From: a virus
Reading direction: 5' to 3' (one strand)
Virus record (IMG/VR): IMGVR_UViG_3300023174_003623
Span: 90,778 to 154,777 of that record
Length of the DNA: 64,000 nucleotides
The first letter of the stretch is position 1; every line of letters begins with the position of its first letter. A model generated the notes under the pieces. It had not been told where the DNA came from. It saw only the letters and a program-made list of their open reading frames with translations, and did not search any database. The position numbers were made by a program, and so were the translations under genes. Positions 40,410-51,992 of this stretch are shown here, one piece after another.

Positions 40410-40464
40410 TCCTTCTGACGAGTCTTTAATAGACGAAACGGGAAAAGGATGTCCCGTCAAGGAC
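40409..40464 (+). ncRNA. Type I hammerhead ribozyme
   Basis: Stem I GTCCTT/AAGGAC, core CTGACGA, stem II GTCT/AGAC, GAAA, stem III CGGGA/TCCCG, GUC cleavage triplet (after 40458). Confidence 0.92.
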
Positions 40465-40594
40465 ACGCACCGAGACCTTGTGGTGTATCGGTGACGCGGG
40501 GTATAATGGAATTCCCCAGGAAGAATGTAGGCAGATGAAAGAGTCTTGTCGGAGTTGATCGCCCGCCCTCTCCATCTCACATTCTTAAACCGCG
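40465..40594 (+). ncRNA. Candidate structured RNA downstream of the hammerhead
   Basis: CACCGA/TCGGTG hairpin; nested CGCGG/CCGCG, AAGAATGT/ACATTCTT, AGATG/CATCT, AGAG/CTCT. Confidence 0.55.
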
Positions 40595-40987
40595 CTATAT
40601 CTTTCTAGAAACTATACCTCGACCTTTTGGCGCATATGGTTTTACTCTTTCTACATTCAAAAGAGGATATCCCCATTTACCATTTGGGCCTATATCAAAT
40701 TTAGATTGTGGTGCGACTTGATGTTTGTCGTAATCTCTTCTAAACTCTTCTTCGTTTTTATAAAAGATAGGCTCTCCAACAGTAGCATGACCAACAACCT
40801 GTGCTGGGCCTTTACCTGTTCTTACAATACCTATTTTCTTTCCGATATATGGATGAAGAGTGGGTGTATTTCTGGTTTCAATAGTTTTCTGACCGTGTAG
40901 AATTTGGTCAGTAAAAGGTTGAGTTTTATCGTTTATATTGATACCGATTGACACTTCTTCAGTTATAAAATTAATAAATGAAAGCAT
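40595..40987 (-). CDS. ASCH domain protein with capsid-targeting-like N-terminus
   Basis: QPFTDQILHGQKTIETR (GxKxxExR); MLSFINFITE. Confidence 0.85.
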   Translation of the reverse strand: MLSFINFITEEVSIGININDKTQPFTDQILHGQKTIETRNTPTLHPYIGKKIGIVRTGKGPAQVVGHATVGEPIFYKNEEEFRRDYDKHQVAPQSKFDIGPNGKWGYPLLNVERVKPYAPKGRGIVSRKI

Positions 40988-41003
40988 ATAGTCTCCTTTT
41001 GCA

Positions 41004-41015
41004 TATTTATAAATA
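41004..41015. promoter_or_regulatory. Palindromic bidirectional late promoter TATTTATAAATA
   Basis: TATAAATA on both strands between two divergent genes. Confidence 0.75.
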
Positions 41016-41043
41016 ATATGTCACATTGATAAGGTATAAAAAG

Positions 41044-41595
41044 ATGTTATCATTCTTCGAGTTTATTACAGAAAAAGTTTTATCGATTGGACTAAACCCA
41101 GAACACGAAAAATATCGAACACAACATATGCAAGATATGCACGATATGCTTGTAAAATCATATCATTATGTTGGTGGCTATGCTGGGTTGGGTTCTGGTT
41201 CTGAGGAAGAATCAAAAGCAATTCACTCTGATTTATCCAATCCAGATCATATTATTAAAGTCATTAAAAGAGGCAGTGCAATCACCGCTCTTGCTATGTA
41301 CAAACCACAATTCGGACGTAAAGGTATAGCATCTGCTACTGATGGCACTGCTCAAGGGGTTAAAGATTGGAAAAAAATGAGGGACGAAGATAGTCGTCGG
41401 CATGGTTGGGCGGAAACTTCACATAAAGCTACCGCAGCATTAAAAAAACTAGGCTACCCTGAAATTCCAATTCAAGATATGCAGCGAATCTTATCAAATA
41501 AGAAACTGACACCAACCTCTGGTAACAAATATACTAGAGAGATTGGTGGACACGAACACGAAAAAGTTGGAATGGGCTATCCAAAGCTAGACTAA
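41044..41595 (+). CDS. Hypothetical protein with capsid-targeting-like N-terminus
   Basis: MLSFFEFITE start. Confidence 0.65.
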   Translation: MLSFFEFITEKVLSIGLNPEHEKYRTQHMQDMHDMLVKSYHYVGGYAGLGSGSEEESKAIHSDLSNPDHIIKVIKRGSAITALAMYKPQFGRKGIASATDGTAQGVKDWKKMRDEDSRRHGWAETSHKATAALKKLGYPEIPIQDMQRILSNKKLTPTSGNKYTREIGGHEHEKVGMGYPKLD

Positions 41596-42727
41596 TTCAA
41601 ATTGTTATGATATAATTTATAAACTGAAGTTATAAACAAATGTGCAAGGATTTGGTATGAAAGTTACAATATGTGATCCTCCGAGTGGTTGTCAATATGG
41701 ATTTCCCCGTGCAATTCCTCAAGAAGTTCTTGATAGTATGATTGTAGCCCGTGAAAAAGGCGAATCACATACTACTATATTTAATAATTGGCTCATTTCA
41801 TGTGATTATCCTCCATCTCTGATTGAATCGTATGGAGATCAATTTTATTGCCGTTATTGGGAAGAGGATGTCAGACCTGTAACTAACATAACTAAATTCG
41901 TTGCTGAACCAGATGTTGAATGTCTTGGATTTGATGAAAATGACTGATTCTAATAAAAGTTTGAGCGAAAACGATTTTCATGCAATGTCAATTTCTATTG
42001 ATAGTGCTATTTTAATGTGTGATAATGAACGTGAATTATTGAAGCTTGCTTGTGTTATGTTGCAACGAGCTGTAGAGATTTTTGAAACACATTTAGGGGT
42101 AGATGGGCGTAAGCAAATGTTTAAGGATTTAGTATGAAACCATGGTATTATAAACTGTTATGCATTCTTTTAGGGCATCAATTAAGAATTCACAAAATCT
42201 TTTGGGATAGGACTCGAAAGGTGCATTGTGAAAGATGTAAACTACAATTCCATACAAATCTCTTTATGGAGCATTTAGAACCTTGGGATAAACGCTGCGA
42301 AGAAATTTATAAGAATGATGATAGAAATTTCTTTAGTTCTTTAGATGAAAAAGATGAGGTTGTAAAATGGATCTGAAAAAGTATATGGTAGAAACGATTA
42401 GTATTCATCGAATTCGATATGTGGTCGAAGCCAAAGAAGCGACTCATGCGACTGATGAAGTGGTGATGAGGATGGGCGATACTCACTTTGATGAATTCTC
42501 TCAGCATCATATTGATGAGGTTATTTCTTCCGTCCGTGAAATTTCTGATGAAGATTATCTTAAGACTTTTGATGAAGATAACGACTATCTTAAGAATTGG
42601 TCTGATGAAAAGAAATTTGGATTCGTTCAGCGAATTGATTATGGTGAAGAATTTTTGCAAAAATTAACTGATATTCATAAAGAACTAGATCCTCTTTGTG
42701 GTGATCCTGATTGTTGTGGAGTATGCA

Positions 42728-43045
42728 ATGATAATTCAAAATGAAGCACAGTGCGCCAAGTGTAAGGAGATTATATTCTCCGTGCATCGGCATGATTATA
42801 AATCCTGTGAATGCGGTGCGATTGCGGTTGATGGTGGAATGGCTTATCTAAAACGTGTAGGCAATCGCGAGGATATCATTGAGCGTGCTTTGGACTTGGA
42901 TGAGAAGATTGTAGAACAATGCGCTAATGCTGCTCAGTGGGGCATTGATACAGGTCGGAATGCTTACGGTATTACTCTTGCAGTCATCCGTGCTTTGCGT
43001 GATAATGATTGTCTAAACCTTGAGAAATTTGGAGCATCAAAATGA
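42728..43045 (+). CDS. Zinc-ribbon phage protein
   Basis: CAKC...HRHDYKSCECGAIAVDGG. Confidence 0.7.
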   Translation: MIIQNEAQCAKCKEIIFSVHRHDYKSCECGAIAVDGGMAYLKRVGNREDIIERALDLDEKIVEQCANAAQWGIDTGRNAYGITLAVIRALRDNDCLNLEKFGASK

Positions 43046-43260
43046 ACCTTGAAGACATTATCCGCATGGCGCGGGAGGCAGGCCTCACCGTGCTGATAGA
43101 GCACGGTCTGACCGGTTACTTGGAACGCTTCGCCGCGCTAGTCGCCGCCGCCGAGCGCGAGGCGTGCGCGAAAGTTGTTGAGGACTACTGGAGAGAAGTT
43201 CACCTCGATATAGCAGTAGGTGAAATTGCGGCAGAAATCCGCGCAAGGGGGCAGGAATGA
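43042..43260 (+). CDS. Small protein of the FAALVAAAEREACA family
   Basis: Shares a GC-rich DNA segment with 43257-43451. Confidence 0.7.
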   Translation: MNLEDIIRMAREAGLTVLIEHGLTGYLERFAALVAAAEREACAKVVEDYWREVHLDIAVGEIAAEIRARGQE

Positions 43261-43451
43261 ACGAGCGACTTACTGAATTTTACAAACAGGCTTTTGGATA
43301 TTTGCCCGCACCCATCGGCGAGCCTGAGCTAGAAAAGTTTGCCGCTTTGGTCGCCGCCGCCGAGCGCGAGGCGTGTGCGTCTATGGTCGATCATATTTTA
43401 TGTGAAGGTGGCGGAACCTATGGAGATGCAATCCGCAGGAGGTCAGAGTGA
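43257..43451 (+). CDS. Small protein of the FAALVAAAEREACA family
   Basis: Paralog of 43042-43260. Confidence 0.7.
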   Translation: MNERLTEFYKQAFGYLPAPIGEPELEKFAALVAAAEREACASMVDHILCEGGGTYGDAIRRRSE

Positions 43452-46400
43452 TTTTGTTTTTTTGTACTCTAAAAGGAGATTAAAATGGAAGTAATGATTA
43501 AACTAGATGGTGATCAAGTTGACCGAATCGTGGTTGATCAACTTAAGAACAGTATCGCGTTGTTGGAAATGGAACTAGACAATCGTAATCGTAATCTTAA
43601 TTCCTTTGGTGTCTTTACCAGCGACCGCGAGAAGGATATTGTAGAAATTGAAAACCATCTTCTTGCTATGAAGACGACTCTCGATTGGTTTGAACCTTCT
43701 TGGATGCGAAATGAAAACCAAAAGTAAAACCTTGGCTAAGGCTCTTAGACATATGAATGAAAAAATTGAGTCTTCTATTATTGCAGAAGCCGCTAACAAG
43801 ATTGAAGAACTGGAAGCCAAGGTATCTGAGTTGAACCAAAAACTATGTAAAGAAATCTTTAGATTAAGAGGTTCATAATGAGTCGGGCTGAAAAGGTTCT
43901 TAGGATGAGTGACGAAACAATTAACTTTTTGTCATCTACACTCGTATTGGGTGTTGTTTTTGGATTGATGTTTTTTACCGATATCATACAACCAACTTAC
44001 ATCACATCCTTACTGTATAAGTGTCAAGAGACTTTGCCAAGAAATCAGCACTGTAAAATCATTGCTGTTCCGGATGAAATCAAATGAAAAGACAAAAAAT
44101 TGAAGACCTCGCAATTCAAGCCGGAATCAAATCCTATGTATTAGGAATGGCTACCGAAGAAGCGTGGCAACAAACTGAACGATTTGTTGAGTTGATCATT
44201 CAAGCGTGTATTGACAATCTTTTTTTCCACGGACACGATGAAGCTGCTAATCAGTTAGAATGGTTGCGTGTGAATCGATTTGGAGTGAAGAATAAATGAA
44301 AGAACTATCCAAAGAAGAAATCCTAGAAGCATTTAAGCGTCTTGCTAGCTCTCCTCGGTATCGTCTAAGCGAATTCGAAATCTTTACGATGGCTGTTCGC
44401 TGGATGGAAAAACAGAATAAAGGCGAAGAATCTATGAAAGAAATTACAGAAATTACTGATTATTCTATGAATATCAAGGATTTAGATATCAAGGATTTAG
44501 TAGCAGAAACTAATGCTAAATCCTTGTCTCTTTTTGATTTCAAACCAAATTATAATGTTGTGTTTCACAATGGAGATCGCCAGATTGGGAGACTTGACTT
44601 TAATGGTGGTGTGATGGTGTTTGAAGGAGATGCTGAAGAGAGTGCTAAAATATTCTTTGATGCTCTTGCAGAAAAGTTTGCGGATCGTTTGAAAGAAGAA
44701 CGAGAGAAGGAGCGCGAGGCAATTTGCCGTCTGGTACAGAGCATGTGGCGTGGCATCGACGCTGACAGGATGGTCGAAGCAATCCGCGCAAGGGGGAAGA
44801 ATGAACGAACTAATTAAAGAACTCGCCGACCAATCTTGGAACACATTTGATCTCCGAGGCGTTGAAGTCGGACCTCCTTATGTCTTTGCTGAACGATTCG
44901 CCGAGTTGATTGTGCGGGAATGTAGCATAGTCATTCAAGATTTTGTAGATCATAGAATTCCTGCCAGCGAATATCCTAAGCAGTTAAAAGAACATTTTGG
45001 AGTTGAATAATGGGTTGGACTTATGAAGTTAATGTTTGGGATGGTCCAACTGATGGTCAATTTAAATGGTTGCAGATTTACGCCGGAGAGAGTATAATCA
45101 AAGCAGTCTACAATATGTGGTGGGCTAAACGCAACGGATGGCAATGTATCAAGCTGGAATATAGACCGTGATAGATAAAACAACAAAGACGGTGATGGTG
45201 CTAGCCATAGTTGTATTCTTGGTCTTGAGTTATTTCGCAGTCACTCGCTCAAATGAACGAGAAGAAAAGTGTAGCAAAGTAAACGGGATTGTGATACAAT
45301 CCAATCAAGGTTGGATTTGTGTAGACTCTAACATTATGAAAGGATAAACAAATGATTGAAGGCAAGGTTGAAGGCATTCGCCGTGAGAAGTATTGGAACG
45401 AGCGTGATATTGATGAGAAGCTAGAGGGTCTCCGTCAGGCTCTGTTTCAGCAACATCATCTGATTAGTATGATTCATGATATGGTGTTAAAGTTGAACGT
45501 GCATCAGCATGTAAACGATAAAATGATTCTTCCGTTTAATTTTCCGGATAATCACATTAGAAGCCCGTATGTTCCTAATTGCATTCAGATTCAGAATGAA
45601 CAGAAGGAATAATTGCAATGTCTAAGTTAGCACATTTGATTACTGCGACTGCAACAGGAGATGTTGCTGCATCAAGGAAACTAAAACCAAATTATATTAA
45701 TGTTGACGTTGAGCATTCATACGATCCACACTCTTATGATGTGCTTTATGACATTGGAATGAGGTTACATAAAAAAACTCGTATTGCAAGGTCCTTATCT
45801 GAACAAATCAATGCTGAAGCTGAACAAGATATGTTAACTAATGTTAGGCGCGCAATGATAGAAGAGGTGTTTGGAGAATTCCGTCACTATCTTGTTGAAA
45901 TGCGTGCTGCATTATACGATAATGATGATTATCGCATTAAAACTCTTTTGGCGGAGATGGAACATCAAATGTTTCATGAAGGAATTTAATATGATCATTG
46001 ACCGTTATGTAAAGTTTGAATGGAAGGGTTCTCAGGAAGTAGAGAACGGTGTCGCTGTATTCACTGTTCTTGAATCTGAAAGACTTGAAGTGGAGCTGAC
46101 CCATTTTGGTGCGGCTCATGCTATTTTCAAGCGAATGGAAAAGATTGCGGGCATGGCGTTTCGCGATGGTGAATCTAGCTTGCTGGCAAGAGTCAATAAT
46201 TTGGTGCAGTCGCTATGAAGTCCCATAAAGAACAGGTAATAGAATCCGCTATTCAAGGATTGATTGAGGGAGGATTCACCAAAGACTATGCTTATTTGTT
46301 TGAGAAGTTGCTTGACAGGGTATATACCGCAGCATACAATGAGGGTAAGTGGTCAGGTCAACAGGAAAGTTATATCAACAGCCTTCATTGGAGCAATAGT

Positions 46401-49204
46401 AGATAACATGAAATACTACACCTACTGTGAGCCAACCAGTACCGAGGACATGACACCGCTGTATATCACTCTAAGTGAAGAAGAGATTCTAAAAGAATAT
46501 TGGGACTATTGGTATGGTCGGATGTGCGCCAAGTTTGGTCAAAAGCATGTTGATGCGAACTATAGCACTAAAGAATGTATAGAAGACTGGTGCGTGGTGC
46601 ATTGGGCAGAGGAGAGTGAGTGATGAGTGAGATAATCGACCTTAATAAAGCATTCTTGAAATACTTTAACGAATCAGAAGGATTTTCATTAAGATCTGAA
46701 AGATTCTATGATGATGTTAGGTCGATTCTAACAAATCCAGCGTTATCCTCGGCAAGTAGAAATAAACTGATGCGTGGTTGGCTTGAGGCTGCATTCATTC
46801 AAGGTGCAAGGACTATGGCACAGGATACTCTAGACACGCTTGGTGATTATGCCACAGCTGTTGCTGGAATTGATGAAAAAGTATATAATAGATCTGAAGC
46901 ATTTGATGCTGCTAGAGATAATCTTATGACATACTTCACACAGGTACTAAACGGAGAAACAGAATGAATGCAGAAGAAGACCTTAAAAAACTAAGGCGAT
47001 TATTAAAAGAGTTCTTTCAGATGCTGGATAGTACAGAAGAGAGCGACAGCGGAAGAATCTTTAAACCAATCCAAATATCTAGTTGTCGCGCTTTGATGAT
47101 CAAACCTTTAAATAAATTGTTGAACGATCTTAGAAAAGAAGCAATGAGGGAGATTGAAGAATGAGCCCTGAACTAGATAAACGACTATGCGAAGACTTTC
47201 CTAAAATCTTTGCACAAAGAAACGGATCGCCTAAAGAAACTGCATTTGCATTTGGTTTCGAATGCGGTGATGGGTGGTACGATATTATATCCACACTATG
47301 TGCTGTGATTCAGAATCAAATTAAGTATACTCCTGATATTCCTGAAGTCGTTGCTCTTCAGGTCAAAGAAAAATATGGAACACTTAGATTTTATATCTAT
47401 GGTGGTAATGACTATACTGATGGAATGATTGCAATGGCTGAATCTATGAGCGCAAAGATCTGTGAACTCTGCGGTAACAAAGGCAAGGTCATTGAAGATA
47501 ATGGTTGGTTGAAGACTCGGTGTAACACTTGCCATCGTGTTGAAGAGGTTGGACAAGAATAAAGTTGTTTACTTATTTTAATTTATAGATTATAATTGAC
47601 TTATAAATTGAAACGAGGATCTTACGATGTACACTACAAAAGTTACTTGGCTCGGCACCGAATATGGTTGCCGAGTGTTCAAGGACGGTGAACTGATCCT
47701 TGAAGGATGGGCTTCTTCTCGGGAGCTTATTGGTGCAACTTTCCGCGATTTGCTCCGCACCATTGACAAGTGCGGTGAGGGCGACAGCTTTACTTCTGCT
47801 GCTCGTCATCGTAATAGCAAAGAAGGAAATCTTTGCATCGGTGTGAAACACATTTGGCATTAAGGAGGAAGAAATGAATGACCGAATTCTAGAATTGGCT
47901 GTACGGGCTGAGTTATATGTTGATTGGAATGGAAGACCGTATCCTCGGGCAATGAGTGCTGAGGAATGCAGGGCAGCCTATGCAAAGTTTGCTGAACTCA
48001 TTATCGCTGATACACGCGAGGCTTGTGCTAAGATTTGCGATTCTTATGCTGAAAACCAGAAATCTTGGTCTACCGGAGAAGATAGTGCTGAAGAATATCG
48101 AGAGCAAGCGGCAAATGAACTCGCCGATACAATCCGTGAAAGTTGGAATATATGAGACCACAAGAAATCAATCGTAACATTGATTTAGCTTTCAAACGGT
48201 TTGCTCGTGATGGCAATCTAATTCATTTTCAGAAGTGTAAGAATCATCTGGAAAAACGATTAGAATGGTTTCGTAAGACTGAACCAGAATTAGATTTTGG
48301 TTTTACAAATTATATGTATTGTTTTAAAGATGAGTATAACGAAGAAGACATAAAGCATCATTTAAGTTATATCTCTGACCGATGGAATTGCCCCGGTCGC
48401 ATTAACTTTATGCTTGAAGTGATTAACCGAGGAATTTGATATGAAAGATGATATTGTAAGTCTTATAGGTTTTCTAGGTGGCATAGTAGTTACTGTTTGT
48501 TTGCTTATTGCACTTTGCCCGGATTCATTCACGCAAGCAGAAGATGCCCTAAAACAATGTGAAAAATCTTTACCTAGAGATCAAAAATGTATGATAATTG
48601 CAATTCCAGAGGATAAAAAGTGAAAAAGATTAAATCAGAATTGACGCTCGAAGAAGCATGGGGCATGAACGGGCTGATGGCAACTTCCGCTTTTCGTTAC
48701 TGCCTCGGGCGAATGACTTACATCGTTGGCGAATGTGCTGATTGGCTTATCGCTAACTGGGATAAGTTTCCGCCTAGTGTCAGGTCTCTTATTGAACGAG
48801 AACTTGAAGAAGAATTTGGAAATGATGACAGGGAACGGATGCACAATCCACAAGGCATGTGGAAGCCTCTCGGGCACGATTGCGACCGCAAAGAATGGGA
48901 ACGAGTAAGAAAGCTTTGGAATAAAAAAGAAGACTATGATGATGAAACCACAGGATGTTGATGAGCTTATGTCTGCTTTCATTCGATATGAGAAAGCACT
49001 GACTCATCTTCCTTTTGAATCTCTTTTAACAAGAGAAGAGATGGAAGAAGCTGAACTAATAATGCAACAACAGTTTGCATACGAAGAATAGACCACTACC
49101 ACACTTCCCCCCAGATGTCAATAGAAAAGAATTTCTTTTTACCTGTTGACATCTTTTTTTGATTCTGTATAATGCCTCTCATCGAAACGAAACAGGAGAT
49201 GGAA

Positions 49205-50053
49205 ATGCCTAAAGGTGTATACGAACGTAAGCCGCGCATTAAGAAAGACGACTTTGCGACTCCCCGTATGTCAATGGTTGTCACTGAGACTGATGACCAG
49301 ATTGACACTCGCCTTCGTAGCCGGTTTCGCACTGTTGGTATCATGGCGAAGTCTGCATGTGATGGTATTACTCGCTCTTTGATTGTCTCTGGGCCTCCGG
49401 GTCTTGGCAAGTCTTTCACGGTCGAGAAGATTGTGTCAGACTACGATAAGAGTGGTAAGAAGGCTGTCATCTGCAAGGGTTATGTGCGTCCTACTGGCTT
49501 GTATAAGACTCTGTACGAATATCGTCATGCTGGCAATGTGATTGTGTTTGACGACTGCGACTCTGCCTTTCAGGATATGGATGCTCTCAATCTTCTGAAG
49601 GCTGCGTGCGATACTACTGAGAAGCGACGCCTGATGTGGGGTGCTGAGACTCGCATGACTGACGCTAACGGTAAACCCATGCCTTGGTCGTTTGATTTTG
49701 AAGGTTCTATCATCTTCATCACCAATTACGACTTCGATGCTGCGATTGCCGCTAACAACAAGTTCAGCGAACACTTCAATGCGCTTATCAGTCGGTCGCA
49801 CTACATTGATACCGGCATGAAGTCGATTCGTGACTATCTGGTGCGAATTCAGCAAGTGGTCGATGAAGGCATGTTGGACGATATGGGGTTGACGGCATAC
49901 CAGCAGCGTGATATCATTGACTTCGTGTTCGACAACGCACCTAAGTTTCGAGAGCTTACGTTGCGTATGGTAATCAAGCTCGCAGGGTTGTACAATATCA
50001 GCCGTACCGAGTGGAAGACGATGGCTTCTGTTACTCTGTTCAAGAAAATCTAA
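49205..50053 (+). CDS. AAA-type P-loop ATPase
   Basis: SGPPGLGKS, VIVFDDCD, IIFITN; promoter TTGACA-N16-TATAAT at 49146. Confidence 0.85.
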   Translation: MPKGVYERKPRIKKDDFATPRMSMVVTETDDQIDTRLRSRFRTVGIMAKSACDGITRSLIVSGPPGLGKSFTVEKIVSDYDKSGKKAVICKGYVRPTGLYKTLYEYRHAGNVIVFDDCDSAFQDMDALNLLKAACDTTEKRRLMWGAETRMTDANGKPMPWSFDFEGSIIFITNYDFDAAIAANNKFSEHFNALISRSHYIDTGMKSIRDYLVRIQQVVDEGMLDDMGLTAYQQRDIIDFVFDNAPKFRELTLRMVIKLAGLYNISRTEWKTMASVTLFKKI

Positions 50054-50067
50054 ACTGGAGACTTATA

Positions 50068-50427
50068 ATGATTGACTACATTGTGACTTTTACCGACAAC
50101 CACCTTAAGAACATTGCCAAGGGTCTGTTGAGTTATAACGGTATTGAGGCGTCTGATTTGCGAAAGCTTAAGACGACCAAAACGAAAGTCGTCGAGGCTA
50201 TTGTCGCTGACCCTGAGTTCAAACAGTCTTTACTTAAGACTCTTAATGATCATCTGGCTTTTAGCAATCTTTATGATTGTTTTCCGTTTGAAGATGATAT
50301 GTACGATATTGCTATCATCAAAGATATTTGTGACGCACTTCAAGTTAAGAACCAAGAAGCTAACAGGAAGCGTATGATTGAAGACGCCCGTGAGTTGTTG
50401 ATTGAGAACGGGTATACGGTTTCTTAA
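50068..50427 (+). CDS. Hypothetical protein
   Basis: GGAG RBS. Confidence 0.6.
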   Translation: MIDYIVTFTDNHLKNIAKGLLSYNGIEASDLRKLKTTKTKVVEAIVADPEFKQSLLKTLNDHLAFSNLYDCFPFEDDMYDIAIIKDICDALQVKNQEANRKRMIEDARELLIENGYTVS

Positions 50428-50669
50428 CTGTTACCAAGAGCTGCCACACGACTTGTCTTTTTAAGAATGTCTCTCACTACACCGGGAGACACTTTATTGT
50501 GGTGTGGCAGTTCTACTCTTTCTTCTGGTGCGTCTGGGTGTTTATAGATAGCATGGTCGCCTGTGTCTCTATGCTTCACCCAGCCATTCTGTCGTAAGTG
50601 TGACTCAACATCACGACGTTTGTCCATCGTGATTTTAATTTCTTGAATGTATTGAAGAAAAGTTATCAT
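50424..50669 (-). CDS. hicA: HicA-family mRNA interferase with capsid-targeting-like N-terminus
   Basis: LRQNGW...TGDHAIYKHP...LPHH...SPGVVRDILK; MITFLQYIQE; CATAAATA upstream on minus strand (50691-50698). Confidence 0.82.
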   Translation of the reverse strand: MITFLQYIQEIKITMDKRRDVESHLRQNGWVKHRDTGDHAIYKHPDAPEERVELPHHNKVSPGVVRDILKKTSRVAALGNS

Positions 50670-50755
50670 AAAAGAGTTCCTGTTTTTTTGTATTTATGTG
50701 TTGACAGGCTTAAACCCGTCCTGTATACTACCTTCACTAACTGAGGAGAAACACT

Positions 50756-51013
50756 ATGACCGTGAATCGTGAAGAACTGATTAACCTGCTCAAGAAGACT
50801 GAAGTTATCGTCGCTTTCACTAAGGCTGACGGCACTGAACGAGAACTGCACTGTACGCTTCAATCACACTTACTTCCTGTTCGCGAAGTAGTGGAAGGCG
50901 AAGTCAAGAAGGAGCGCAAGGTTAATGAGTCTGTCATTGCCGCCTTCGACCTTCAGAAGATGGAATGGCGCTCTTTCCGTATCGATTCTGTAAAGTACTA
51001 CCATAAGCTTTAA
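50756..51013 (+). CDS. WYL_2 / DUF2693-like Sm-fold protein
   Basis: FTKADGTERELHCTL, FDLQKMEWRSFR; promoter TTGACA-N17-TATACT at 50701. Confidence 0.8.
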   Translation: MTVNREELINLLKKTEVIVAFTKADGTERELHCTLQSHLLPVREVVEGEVKKERKVNESVIAAFDLQKMEWRSFRIDSVKYYHKL

Positions 51014-51992
51014 GGAGCGTATGATGAAACTGCAACTGACGATTGGTACATGCACTGTCAACACTACCTTCAAAGGACTAAGCAAAGTCTTTAATGAAGA
51101 AGATGCTAGGATTTTTGAAAATATGTTGACTGTGGGTAGTTCACTTCAAAACGGAGTGACAATCAGTCAAACTATTGACGGTGTAGATTACAGCATTCGT
51201 CTTATCAAATAAATATCGGGTGCCCGTAAAGAGTACGGGTTAAATGCGAGCGACATTCCAGCCCCCCCTTTTCCAAACAACACTTGACAAACCATGAAAC
51301 TTTCTTATATAGAAACTTTAATTCTTCTTGCTATCATTCTGTTGGGACTTAGGTTATACTCCCAATCAGACTGTGATAGCAAAGGTGGCGTGTTGTATCA
51401 ATGGCAATGCGTTCAGGTCAATCTTATCAAATAAAGTGGTTGACACTCCATACCAGTCCTGTATAATGTCTCTCATCGAAACGAAGGAGTAGATTATGAT
51501 TGTCAGTGCCAAGATTGCTGGGTTTCAGTTTGAGACTGTGCTTGACTTGTTCTTTCTGGACAATCCGAAATGGGCTGACAGTAAAGAATTCATCGAACGT
51601 GAACTGCGTATTTATGGTGAAGCTGTATGTTGGCGCAGTCCTGACTTTGACGTGAAATGCGTCCTTACTCTTATTAAGGAATAAAACAATGAAAGGTATT
51701 GAACTCCTATTCTCTGATAGGAACGGTATTTACATTCCTAAGATGTATGCAGAAATGGTAAACGACTTTCTGTATCTTTGGGAAAGTGTTAGTCGAGAAG
51801 ATATCGACTTACTTCTCAAAGGCCCAGAAGAAGAGTCTTACTGGGATGTGTGGAACGATGTTGTGCAGTGGGCTAGATATACTGATGAAGAAGGTAAAGT
51901 CTGGCGTCTACATCAGGATGGCGACTTGTTTGCCTACTGCGACGAGCGTATGAGTGATGAAGAGTATTTCAACTTTTGGGGAGAAAATCGGG

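Larger units (their letters stand above)
41657..49091 (+). other. Dense run of about 25 small, often overlapping hypothetical ORFs (e.g. 41657-41947, 41940-42137, 42134-42376, 42367-42744, 43485-43727, 45352-45612, 45618-45989, 45991-46218, 46408-46623, 46620-46967, 47161-47562, 47627-47863, 48620-48961)
   Basis: ATGA/TAATG overlaps and RBSs, co-oriented; no recognisable function for most. Confidence 0.7.
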
